Shown here one piece after another: positions 37,857 through 46,046 of a stretch of 64,000 nt of DNA. Source of the DNA: an uncultured Clostridia bacterium (lineage in GTDB: Bacteria; Bacillota; Clostridia; TANB77; CAG-508). The stretch is taken from positions 46,494-110,493 of the forward strand of contig CAKPOA010000002.1 of assembly GCA_934169575.1 (NCBI GenBank), in the 5' to 3' direction. The notes below the pieces were generated by a model that was not told the origin of the DNA, did not search any database, and worked only from the letters and a program-made list of their open reading frames with translations. The translations under genes were made by a program, and so were the position numbers. Each line of letters begins with the position of its first letter. Position 1 is the first letter of the stretch.

Positions 37857-38295
37857 CTTTCATTTCCTCTATTTCTATAACTATTTTTATATATTGTTCT
37901 TCACTTTTAATTTCATATTTATGTTGTTCTATAAATTCCTTTATATTTTTTATTTTATCTTTATTATATATTTGAATAAATATTAAGTTGGTTTCTTTTT
38001 TCTTATATAAACCTTTTATACAAGTAAAATAATCTTTTTTCTTTTCCAAACACCCATTTATTAAATTAAATGTTGTATTAAATGTAGCCATACTATATAA
38101 TTTGTTTTTGAAAATCTTCTTTTCATAAAAATATATGTTGGAATTTTCAGGTACAATTGGTGGAATTTCTATATACAAAAATTCCATTTTTTGTAGCTGT
38201 TCTAATATATTAGAAACATTTTCTTTAAATTTATACTTAAACATATTTTCATATTCTTTCAAATTTCTAATCTCCCTTAAATTATTAAAATTCAA
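37846..38295 (-). CDS. Hypothetical protein (149 aa), translationally coupled on both sides
   Basis: No confident family. MEFLYIEIPPIVPE weakly recalls class II aaRS motif 1 (G..ei.tP..e). Overlaps both neighbours by 11 nt. Confidence 0.4.
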   Translation of the reverse strand: MNFNNLREIRNLKEYENMFKYKFKENVSNILEQLQKMEFLYIEIPPIVPENSNIYFYEKKIFKNKLYSMATFNTTFNLINGCLEKKKDYFTCIKGLYKKKETNLIFIQIYNKDKIKNIKEFIEQHKYEIKSEEQYIKIVIEIEEMKDGL

Positions 38296-39253
38296 CTCTA
38301 AATCTAATATTTTCGCTACATTCTATTTCAGCAGTAGCACCTATTGGTATTGTTATTTTTGGATTAGTATGTCCTAAGTCCACATTATACATAATAGGAA
38401 ATTCGTCTTCTTTAAAAAATTCATTTAAAAAATCATTAATAACTATATTATTATCATCTTCGACAAACTTTCCTATAATTAGTCCCTTAATATTTTTGAA
38501 AATTCCTCTCAGTCTTAGAGCTTGCATAAACGAATCAAATTCTCCCATTGAAATATTTACATCCTCTAAAAACAAAATTTTATTATCAAATACTTCTATT
38601 GGTAAATATTCCGTTCCTAATATAGTTAGTATGCTAGATAAATTTCCTCCTATTATTTTTGCTTTTGCTTTTCCTTTTTTATTTACTTTCCAAACACAAT
38701 TGCTATAATCTTTCTGTTTTACTACTGGATTTATTTCTTCTTGCTTCCAATCTATGAATTCTTTAATTTCATAATTGGGTACTTTATAATCAATACATCG
38801 ATTATTTAACAATTCATTCAAACAGTTCCAAGTATATTCATAAGGTTGTGGGTACTCGCATATTTCTGGTAAAAATGTTGGTCCATGAAAAACGATTTTT
38901 TTAGTTTTTACATATATAGCTAAAAGCAAACATGTTATATCGCTATATCCACAAAATATTTTATTGCTTTTGGAGATTTTTTCATAATCCAGCTTATCAA
39001 TTAATTGATTTGAATTATACCCACCTATACTAGCCATAATAACATCAATATTTTCATTATCTAATGCCATATATATATCTTCAATTCGTTCAACAACTGT
39101 TCCTGAATAATATGATATTTTTTTTGAGGCGTTTTTTTCAAAATTCACATTATATCCACATTTATTAAGAAACTTACATCCTCTTTTAGCTCTATTTGGA
39201 TAGTCTATTAAATAACTACTTGCAGGCGAAATTATTGAAAATCCTTTTATCAT
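38285..39253 (-). CDS. S66 LD-carboxypeptidase / MccF-like serine peptidase
   Basis: Nucleophile motif FCGYSDITCLL, C-terminal DLGHTNP (catalytic His) and N-terminal IISPAS. Confidence 0.85.
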   Translation of the reverse strand: MIKGFSIISPASSYLIDYPNRAKRGCKFLNKCGYNVNFEKNASKKISYYSGTVVERIEDIYMALDNENIDVIMASIGGYNSNQLIDKLDYEKISKSNKIFCGYSDITCLLLAIYVKTKKIVFHGPTFLPEICEYPQPYEYTWNCLNELLNNRCIDYKVPNYEIKEFIDWKQEEINPVVKQKDYSNCVWKVNKKGKAKAKIIGGNLSSILTILGTEYLPIEVFDNKILFLEDVNISMGEFDSFMQALRLRGIFKNIKGLIIGKFVEDDNNIVINDFLNEFFKEDEFPIMYNVDLGHTNPKITIPIGATAEIECSENIRFRVEF

Positions 39254-39265
39254 TTAATCACCCCA

Positions 39266-40117
39266 TTACTTTCCTATTAATGAACTATGGTATAATTCAG
39301 GATCATTAAATATATCTGCTTCTTTTTTCCTTAATATAAATATAGTAAATCCCATATGGCTATTATTCTCATTAAATAAATGCATATAATCATAATAGAC
39401 TTTCTCTAAAACATTTAAGCTTTCTTTTGACAAACTTTTTAAATGTTCCCTTGACAATATATTCTTACAAAATTCATTTATTTCACTATCAGTACACTTA
39501 TTGAACTTAAAATCAATTTCATCAAAAATTTCATCTTCATCTCTAACAAAGAATTTTTTCCAGTCATTTTTATATAATACAGATATATTTACTTGTATAG
39601 CTTTTCTTACATCGTTTACTAATTTTTCACTTGGTGTCTCTAAATAATACATTGGTACAGCTACCAAATATCCATTTGGTTTTAATACTCTCCAATATTC
39701 TTTCAATGCATTTTCCCTATCGCTAACTAAAGAGGTAACATTTCCTGCAAATACTACATCAAAAGTTTTGTCAGGAAATTTCATATTTGTTGCATCATCT
39801 AACATAAATTTTGCTTTATTTAATTCAAATCTGTTTATTCTCTCTTGAGCCGTTTTTAGGCTCATTTCATTTATGTCAATTCCTACCACTTCGCAATTTA
39901 ATAGTCTACTAAATTCTAGTGCTGAATGTCCTGTACTTGTACCTATATCAAGTATTTTACTATTATTATTTAACATTAATTTTTCTGCTACAGTTCTTAT
40001 TGTATTTAATCCTCCTGGTGTTCTATTCGTTTCCCTCACTAATCCAATAATTTCATTATAACTCATTTCTTGTATATCTTTAGGTGTTATATTTTCTATT
40101 TTTTTCATTTCAATCAT
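39266..40117 (-). CDS. Class I SAM-dependent methyltransferase
   Basis: Motif I ILDIGTSTGHSALEF, then GIDINE and FDVVFAGNV. Confidence 0.85.
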   Translation of the reverse strand: MIEMKKIENITPKDIQEMSYNEIIGLVRETNRTPGGLNTIRTVAEKLMLNNNSKILDIGTSTGHSALEFSRLLNCEVVGIDINEMSLKTAQERINRFELNKAKFMLDDATNMKFPDKTFDVVFAGNVTSLVSDRENALKEYWRVLKPNGYLVAVPMYYLETPSEKLVNDVRKAIQVNISVLYKNDWKKFFVRDEDEIFDEIDFKFNKCTDSEINEFCKNILSREHLKSLSKESLNVLEKVYYDYMHLFNENNSHMGFTIFILRKKEADIFNDPELYHSSLIGK

Positions 40118-40126
40118 TCCTTTCTT

Positions 40127-41143
40127 TTATGGTATTATGTCTTGTCCCAAAAATCTTGGCAAAATTTGGCAATCTCTTATATCATCTTTCTTAGTTAACC
40201 ACAGTATGAATCTTTCTACTCCCATTCCAAAGCCTGACGTTTGCATTGGATACTCATCCTTCATTTCTATATACCATTTATACTCATTTTCTGATACTTG
40301 ATGTAATTTAAGAGCTTCTCTCACTTCATCACCAGTACTATGTCTTTCTCCAGCTCCTACCGTTTCTCCAATTCCTATTAATAAATCTGCATTATTAGCA
40401 TATCTTTTATCAATATTTGTACTTTGATAGAACGGAACTGCTTTTATATCAAAATGTGTTATCCATACACATCCATTAAAATAATTTATTAATGCTCTTT
40501 CTCCTTCTTTAGTAATATTTCTAAATCCTAACTTATTATATTCAAAATATTTTTCATCATTTTTCAAAATATTAATTGCTTCTTCAAATGTAACCTTTGG
40601 GATTTCCTCAAGATTTATAAATTTATGTATGTGTTCACTTGTTCCTGCTATATCTATTATTTCCTTTTCATATTCCTTTAAGATATTTTTAGACAAATAT
40701 TTTAAATATTCTTCTACTAACTGCATAATATCTTCTAATTTTCCACATATCTCTGCTTCACTATGATAAAATTGACTTAAATGTCTTTTATCTTCGCTTT
40801 CTCCACGGAATGATGGCATAATATACCATACACCATTTTCAAAAAATCTGCATCCATATTCCAATGCAAATTGCATAGAATCCGCTAAATAAGTATCACG
40901 TCCACCTAATTTAATTTTTACAGGTATTGAATCACTCCCTAATCCCATTGGACTAGATATCGAACCTGTTGTAACAGGTAAGTGCATTGTTTTTATATTT
41001 TTTTCAATATAAAATAAATTTGTGTACTTAGATATTAGATTATCAATTTCTACTAATCTCTTATACCACTCGTCATTAATTGCATTTATAAAATGTCTTT
41101 GTGGAACTTTCCATAATTTTTTTGGTTCAATTAGTTCTTTCAT
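40127..41143 (-). CDS. Stand-alone class II aaRS catalytic core (AsnRS/AspRS/AsnA-like), no anticodon-binding domain
   Basis: Motif 2 IMPSFRGESEDKRHLSQFYHSEAEI and motif 3 SGFGMGVERFILWL. Only 338 aa and begins directly with the catalytic domain. RBS AAGGAG. Confidence 0.8.
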   Translation of the reverse strand: MKELIEPKKLWKVPQRHFINAINDEWYKRLVEIDNLISKYTNLFYIEKNIKTMHLPVTTGSISSPMGLGSDSIPVKIKLGGRDTYLADSMQFALEYGCRFFENGVWYIMPSFRGESEDKRHLSQFYHSEAEICGKLEDIMQLVEEYLKYLSKNILKEYEKEIIDIAGTSEHIHKFINLEEIPKVTFEEAINILKNDEKYFEYNKLGFRNITKEGERALINYFNGCVWITHFDIKAVPFYQSTNIDKRYANNADLLIGIGETVGAGERHSTGDEVREALKLHQVSENEYKWYIEMKDEYPMQTSGFGMGVERFILWLTKKDDIRDCQILPRFLGQDIIP

Positions 41144-41199
41144 ATCTCGCTCCTTCTTTTAACTACAATTATTTTTCATTTTTGTTATATAAACATTTT

Positions 41200-42311
41200 T
41201 CACATATTAATTATTTTTTCCCAACTTAAACTCTCTTTTCCAAAATGTCCATAATTTGTTGTTTGTTTATAAATTGGTTTTCGTAACTCCAAATATTCAA
41301 TAATACCTTTAGGTGTTAAATCGAATCTATTCTTAATTTTCTTAATGATTTCATCTTCTGGTAGTTGATTAGTCCCGAAAGTATTTATATATAGACATTG
41401 GCTCTTTCATACCTATTGCATAAGATATTTGTAGTTCACATTTATTTGCATACCTATTTGCCACTACATTCTTTGCAATATGCCTCATCATATATGCAAC
41501 ACTTCTATCAACTTTGCTTGCATCTTTTCCTGAAAAAGCTCCTCCTCCATGTCTAGCATATCCACCATATGTATCTACAATAATCTTTCTACCTGTTAAC
41601 CCTGTATCTCCTAGTGGTCCTCCTATTATAAAACTTCCTGTAGGATTAATATAAATATTTGTATTTTTATCTAAATATTCTTCTGGTATAGTTCTTTTGA
41701 TAACTTTTTCTATTATATCTTTTTTCATCATCTCAATATCTGTATCTCTCTCATATTGATTTGATATTAGAATTGTCTCTATTCGCTTAGGTTTATCACT
41801 TTCATATTCAACTGTAACTTGTGTTTTTCCATATGGTCTCAAATATGCTATTTCGTTTGTTTTTCTTACCTCTGCTAGTTTATTTGATAATTTATGTGCC
41901 ATCACTATTGCAAATGGCATATAAGATTCTGTTTCATTTGTAGCATATCCAAACATTATTCCTTGATCTCCTGCTCCGTCCTGTATCTACTCCTAATGCA
42001 ATATCAGAACTCTGTTTTGTGATACTTACATCTACTTTACAAGTATCAGGATTAATATCAAGTTCTTCATTTCCATATCCTACATCTTTAATAGCTTATC
42101 TTGCAATTTTTTCAATATCAACTATACCTTTACTCGTAACTTCGCTAGAAATTACTATTTTGTTTTTAGACACAAATGTTTCAATCGCAACTCTTGAATC
42201 AGTGTCTTGCTTTAAATACTCATCTAATAAAGAATCAGATATGTAATCGCATAATTTGTCTGGATGACCTTCTGTAACACTTTCTGATGTAAAGTAATAA
42301 TTTTTTAGCAT
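41200..42311 (-). pseudogene. metK: S-adenosylmethionine synthetase, inactivated (one in-frame TAA and two frameshifts)
   Basis: N-terminus [16 protein letters not shown], then IAR-TAA-AIKDVGY (stop at about 42096), then a +1 shift just before [12 protein letters not shown] (about 41975). The middle part carries GGGAFSGKD. There is a shift in a TATATATA run at about 41395. The C-terminus YGHFGKE is readable in a third frame and ends at 41200. Confidence 0.88.
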
Positions 42312-42333
42312 TTTTCTCCTTCATTTCATTTTA

Positions 42334-42368
42334 GTATAAAAAAGAACAAAGTTTTAATTACTTTGTTC
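42334..42368 (-). terminator. Rho-independent terminator overlapping the end of the 29-codon sORF
   Basis: Minus strand reads GAACAAAG-taattaaaa-CTTTGTTC followed by TTTTTTAT. The sORF stop codon sits in the loop. Confidence 0.7.
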
Positions 42369-42447
42369 CACAAAAAGGCATAACAATGCTATAAAATTTT
42401 CCACATTTATTTTGTTGTTTATTTACTAATACATTTATTTTGTTCAT
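42358..42447 (-). CDS. Small ORF, 29 aa: MNKINVLVNKQQNKCGKFYSIVMPFCGTK (candidate precursor or leader peptide)
   Basis: Not in the ORF track because it is under 60 aa. A strong RBS AAGGAGG lies 6-7 nt upstream of the ATG. It has its own near-consensus extended -10 promoter and its own terminator. It sits directly upstream of metK' and the aaRS-like operon. Confidence 0.55.
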   Translation of the reverse strand: MNKINVLVNKQQNKCGKFYSIVMPFCGTK

Positions 42448-42481
42448 AGCATTTTCCTCCTTTTTCTACATCAATATCTAA

Positions 42482-42511
42482 ATTGTATCACATTTTTTCG
42501 CCATTTGTCAA
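42482..42511 (-). promoter_or_regulatory. Sigma-A promoter driving the sORF (and, by read-through, possibly the operon)
   Basis: Minus strand reads TTGACA (42511..42506), an 18-nt spacer, then TGaTACAAT (extended -10, 42490..42482). Confidence 0.6.
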
Positions 42512-42594
42512 TGTTTTATTTATTTTTTGGCATGTATATGTGTCAATGATGTGAAACAAAGTTTTATAAAAAATTTGTAGTATCACTGAATATT

Positions 42595-42658
42595 TATCAG
42601 TGCTATCGCACTGATACTTGAAAAAATATATAAAATAAATTTTATACATTTTTTCAAG
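42595..42658. terminator. Two adjacent palindromes (terminator or IS-end structure)
   Basis: TATCAGTGC-tatc-GCACTGATA (42595..42616), followed immediately by CTTGAAAAAAT-N20-ATTTTTTCAAG (42617..42658). Lies just 3' of the transposase remnant. Confidence 0.45.
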
Positions 42659-42673
42659 TTTAAAACTTTACTC

Positions 42674-42895
42674 TTATGCTACTGCTAACTCTAGTTCTGC
42701 TATTTTTTCTTTTGGTGTTAAATAACCTAAAACAGCCATTGGGATATTGTTTGATCTTTTTAAATATGCTTTTCCTTGCTTTATCAAATCTTCTAAACTA
42801 TAGAATTTTAAATAACTATAAAATCTTTCATTATCATTTCTATGTATAAATGATAAAATAAGAGTAACCAAAAAAGGGAAAATAAAAATTACCAA
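42674..42895 (-). pseudogene. C-terminal remnant of an integrase-core (rve/DDE) transposase
   Basis: ...NERFYSYLKFYSLEDLIKQGKAYLKRSNNIPMAVLGYLTPKEK resembles the C-terminal tail of IS3/IS30-type transposases (yNn.R....Lgy.tP.e). No catalytic core remains. The ORF's N-terminus is an artefact. Confidence 0.45.
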
Positions 42896-42899
42896 AAAT

Positions 42900-44970
42900 G
42901 GTTACTTTTTTTGATATACAAATAATAATATGATATATTCTGAAAAAAATAAAAGGAGTAATCATATGAAAAAATATAAAGAAATGAAAGGTCAATTAGA
43001 AATAATGAAAACTTTAGGTATAAAACCAAATTTTAGTGAATTAGAAAGAACTTATGGAATTAATAGACATACCATAAAAAAATATTATGAAGGATATGAA
43101 GGAAGCTCACATATAAGAAATAAACCATCTAAAATAGATCCATATTATGAAGAAATACATAATAAAATAAAACTTGCAGGTGTTAATGTAATGAGCTTGT
43201 ATCAATACTTTTATGAAAGGGATAATGAAATAGGAACATATTCAAATTTTAAAAAATATTTAAAAAAGCACAATTTAAAACCAATAAAAAATATTGAAGT
43301 GCATCCAAGATATGAAACAGAAGCAGGAGAACAAATGCAATTTGATTGGAAAGAAGATTTAAAAATGATCAGCAAGCATGGAGAATTGTTTGAATTTAAT
43401 ATTTTTTCTGCTACTTTAGGATTCTCAAGATTACATGATTTTGTCTATACAAAAACAAAAACTAGAGAAGATTTAGAAAGATGTTTAATATCTACATTTA
43501 AATATATAGGTGGAGTTCCAAAGAAACTATTAACAGATAATATGAGAGCAGTTGCAGATATAAGTGATAATAAAACAAAAGTTAATAAAGAGTTTAGTCA
43601 ATTTGTAAAAGATATGGGAACTACTATAAAACTTTGTAAGCCATATTCTCCAGAAACTAAAGGAAAAGATGAAACAGCTAATAAATTTATGAATTGGTTA
43701 ATTCCATATAATCATGAATTTGAAGATGAAAGAGAATTATTGGAAATAACCACCAAAATAAGAAATAAAGTAAATGCAACAGCAAATCAAACAACTAATA
43801 TGCAACCAATATTGTTATACAAAAAGGAAAAAGAATATCTGTTAGAATTACCAAGTATGCATGTTATAAATTCATACCTAATAGATGTAGAAAAATCAAA
43901 AGTAACTAATGATTCATTGATTTACTACAAAGGTCAAAGATATTCTGTTTCCCCTAAATATATTGGACAATTTGTTAAAGCCAAACAAATTGATAATATA
44001 CTATATATATCACAATAAAGAATTAATAGCAACACATGAAATAGATAAAAAATTATTCAATTATACAAAAGAGCATTATTCAGAATGTTTAAAGATGACA
44101 ATGCCAGATAAGAATGATGATGAAATAGAAAAATTGACACAAAAAAATTTGCAAAATTTTGATAAATTGCTTAATAATAAAAATTAAAAGAAAGTGAGAT
44201 AAATGATATGATATATAATGAGGTTATAAATAATTTACAAAAACTAAAATTAGATAAAATGAGTACATATTTATCAACATATTTAGATGAAATAAATAAA
44301 AATAATATTTCATTTATAGATGCTATGTATGAATTAACAAATAAAGAAATAGAATTCAAAGAACAAAGAGCTTCTGAATTTAATATAAAAGTAGCAGGAT
44401 TTCCATTTAAAAGAACATTAAATGAATTTGATTTTGACTTTCAACCAAGCATAAATAAAAGAGAAATTATGGATTTGGCTACATTGCGATTTATAGAAGA
44501 AAAAAAGAATATTCTTCTTGTTGGTTCAAGTGGTGTAGGTAAAACACATATAGCAACAGCAATAGGGATTGAAGCAGCAAAAAAAAGAATAAGTACTATT
44601 TTATAGGTTGTCATGATTTGATAACTAAACTAAATATAGCACATCAAGAAAATCGACTCAAGGAAGCATTAAAAACTTTTAATAAGTATAAATTATTAAT
44701 AATAGATGAAATTGGATATTTACCAGTAGATAAAAACGGAGCTAATTTATTATTTCAATTAATAGCAAAAAGATATGAAAAAAGTTCTACAATAATAACT
44801 ACAAACCAAGCATTTTCTAAATGGGGTGAACTATTTAATGATAATATTTTAGCTAATGAAATATTAGATAGATTATTACATCATTCTTATGTTTTTAATA
44901 TAACAGGAGAATCATATAGAATTAAAGATAAAATTTCTAATATAGAAAATATTAATAATTCTAGTAGGAG
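42900..44970 (+). mobile_element. IS21-family insertion sequence (istA-istB), both genes frameshifted; ends not resolved
   Basis: Two-gene istA/istB organisation with diagnostic motifs. I could not identify convincing terminal inverted repeats, so the boundaries are approximate. Confidence 0.65.
42966..44187 (+). pseudogene. istA: IS21-family transposase IstA, frameshifted in a (TA)n run near 44000
   Basis: N-terminal HTH, DDE core (MQFDWKED...LLTDNMRAV...ETKGKDE). The ORF breaks at ...QIDNILYI/YHNKELIATHEI within CTATATATATC. Confidence 0.8.
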
Positions 44971-44986
44971 AATATATTTAAATTAA
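44208..44986 (+). pseudogene. istB: IS21-family helper ATPase IstB, frameshifted in a poly-A run near 44580
   Basis: Walker A VGSSGVGKTHIA, Walker B LLIIDEIGY and the C-terminus LLHHSYVFNITGESYR. The break occurs at GCAAAAAAAAGAATAAG. Confidence 0.8.
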
Positions 44987-45582
44987 TACTTTATCATTTC
45001 TGAGAGACAGTCTTGGAAAAACTTAATTTACATTCTAATATATTTAAATTAATACCCATTTTTTTCTACAAGCTTAATTCCAAAAGCAACATTTACATTC
45101 TAATATATTTAAATTAATACAGAACGTGAAAAAGAAATAATAAATATGTATGCAAAAATTTACATTCTAATATATTTAAATTAATACCTTGTAAAAGAGT
45201 AGTTATCTACACCTTGATTATCAATTTACATTCTAATATATTTAAATTAATACAGGACTAATTAGCTCTTGAAATACAGAGCTAATTAAATTTACATTCT
45301 AATATATTTAAATTAATACGATTAGGACTGCTTGTGAAAAATTAAATACATATGATTTACATTCTAATATATTTAAATTAATACCATTGTATTATTTGAC
45401 CAAGTATTAACTGTTGATGATATTTACATTCTAATATATTTAAATTAATACTTAATTAATTCTGGACTTGCTTTATCTAAACTATATTTACATTCTAATA
45501 TATTTAAATTAATACTTTATCAGTTACTATTACTTTTACATTCCAAGAATATATTTACATTCTAATATATTTAAATTAATAC
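44971..45582 (-). CRISPR. CRISPR array: 9 full 30-bp repeats plus one truncated/degenerate terminal repeat, 9 spacers of 34-37 bp
   Basis: The plus-strand repeat ATTTACATTCTAATATATTTAAATTAATAC occurs at 45026, 45091, 45158, 45224, 45290, 45355, 45422, 45486 and 45553. On the minus strand it reads GTATTAATTTAAATATATTAGAATGTAAAT and ends in ATGTAAAT like clostridial I-B repeats. The 19-nt partial repeat lies at 44971..44989. Confidence 0.97.
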
Positions 45583-45760
45583 AGGTTCTTCCAAAGTCCC
45601 TATAAATAGTGCATTTTCTAATACTATTCTGTCTATGCACTATTATAATAGCATAAATTTCTAAAAAAATCTATACCTATAAAAAAAAATGTTATTTTTT
45701 CAATTAATTTAGCATCTGTCATTCAAAGCATATTTTTACACTATTGCCATTCGACAGAAA
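45583..45760 (-). promoter_or_regulatory. CRISPR leader
   Basis: AT-rich 178 bp between the cas2 stop and the first repeat on the transcribed (minus) strand. Confidence 0.7.
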
Positions 45761-46045
45761 TTATAAAAAATTATCAGTTTTATCATCCTCAATCATTCCA
45801 AGAAATTCTTTTTCCATCCACCTTTTACTTCTGCTTTTAAACAAAATTACACTATCCTTATTTTGTCTAATATATGTATCAAGTTCTGATTTCAATTTAA
45901 TAGCTTGTGATTCAAGTAATTCTCCTTCAAAAACAGAATTTTGAATATGTACTAAATACTTTTTACATGTTTTAAAAACTTTTCTTAATACTTTTTGTCC
46001 TTCTTTATTTTCTAAATTTATATCATAAACTAAAATAACATACAT
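45761..46045 (-). CDS. cas2: CRISPR-associated endoribonuclease Cas2
   Basis: MYVILVYDI... is a Cas2 N-terminal beta-strand, about 94 aa. I take the start as ATG 46045, directly after the cas1 stop. Confidence 0.9.
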   Translation of the reverse strand: MYVILVYDINLENKEGQKVLRKVFKTCKKYLVHIQNSVFEGELLESQAIKLKSELDTYIRQNKDSVILFKSRSKRWMEKEFLGMIEDDKTDNFL

Positions 46046-46046
46046 A

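Noticed and set aside
40127-41143. Calling the 338-aa class II core simply asnA (asparagine synthetase A) or asnS
   Set aside because: The motifs prove only a class II AsxRS-type catalytic core. Without an alignment I cannot tell an AsnA-like amidoligase from a tRNA-independent adenylating enzyme, so I assigned no gene symbol.
42312-42520. Expected SAM-I (S-box) riboswitch upstream of metK
   Set aside because: I looked for the conserved S-box helices and GC-rich junction on the minus strand and found none. The region instead reads as promoter, RBS, 29-codon sORF and terminator.
42880-42965. The missing 11-nt half of a CRISPR repeat (ATTTACATTCT) on the left flank of the IS21 element, which would prove insertion into a repeat
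   Set aside because: Only a weak TATATTCT match exists at about 42940. That is not distinguishable from chance in this AT-rich DNA, and no further repeats lie to the left.
44990-45552. Self-targeting CRISPR spacers against the DGR, the IS or the aaRS-like operon
   Set aside because: By eye, none of the nine spacers matches elsewhere in the window. This needs a computed search to be definitive. Spacer 45254..45289 is internally palindromic (TAATTAGCTCT/AGAGCTAATTA), which probably reflects capture of a terminator-like protospacer.
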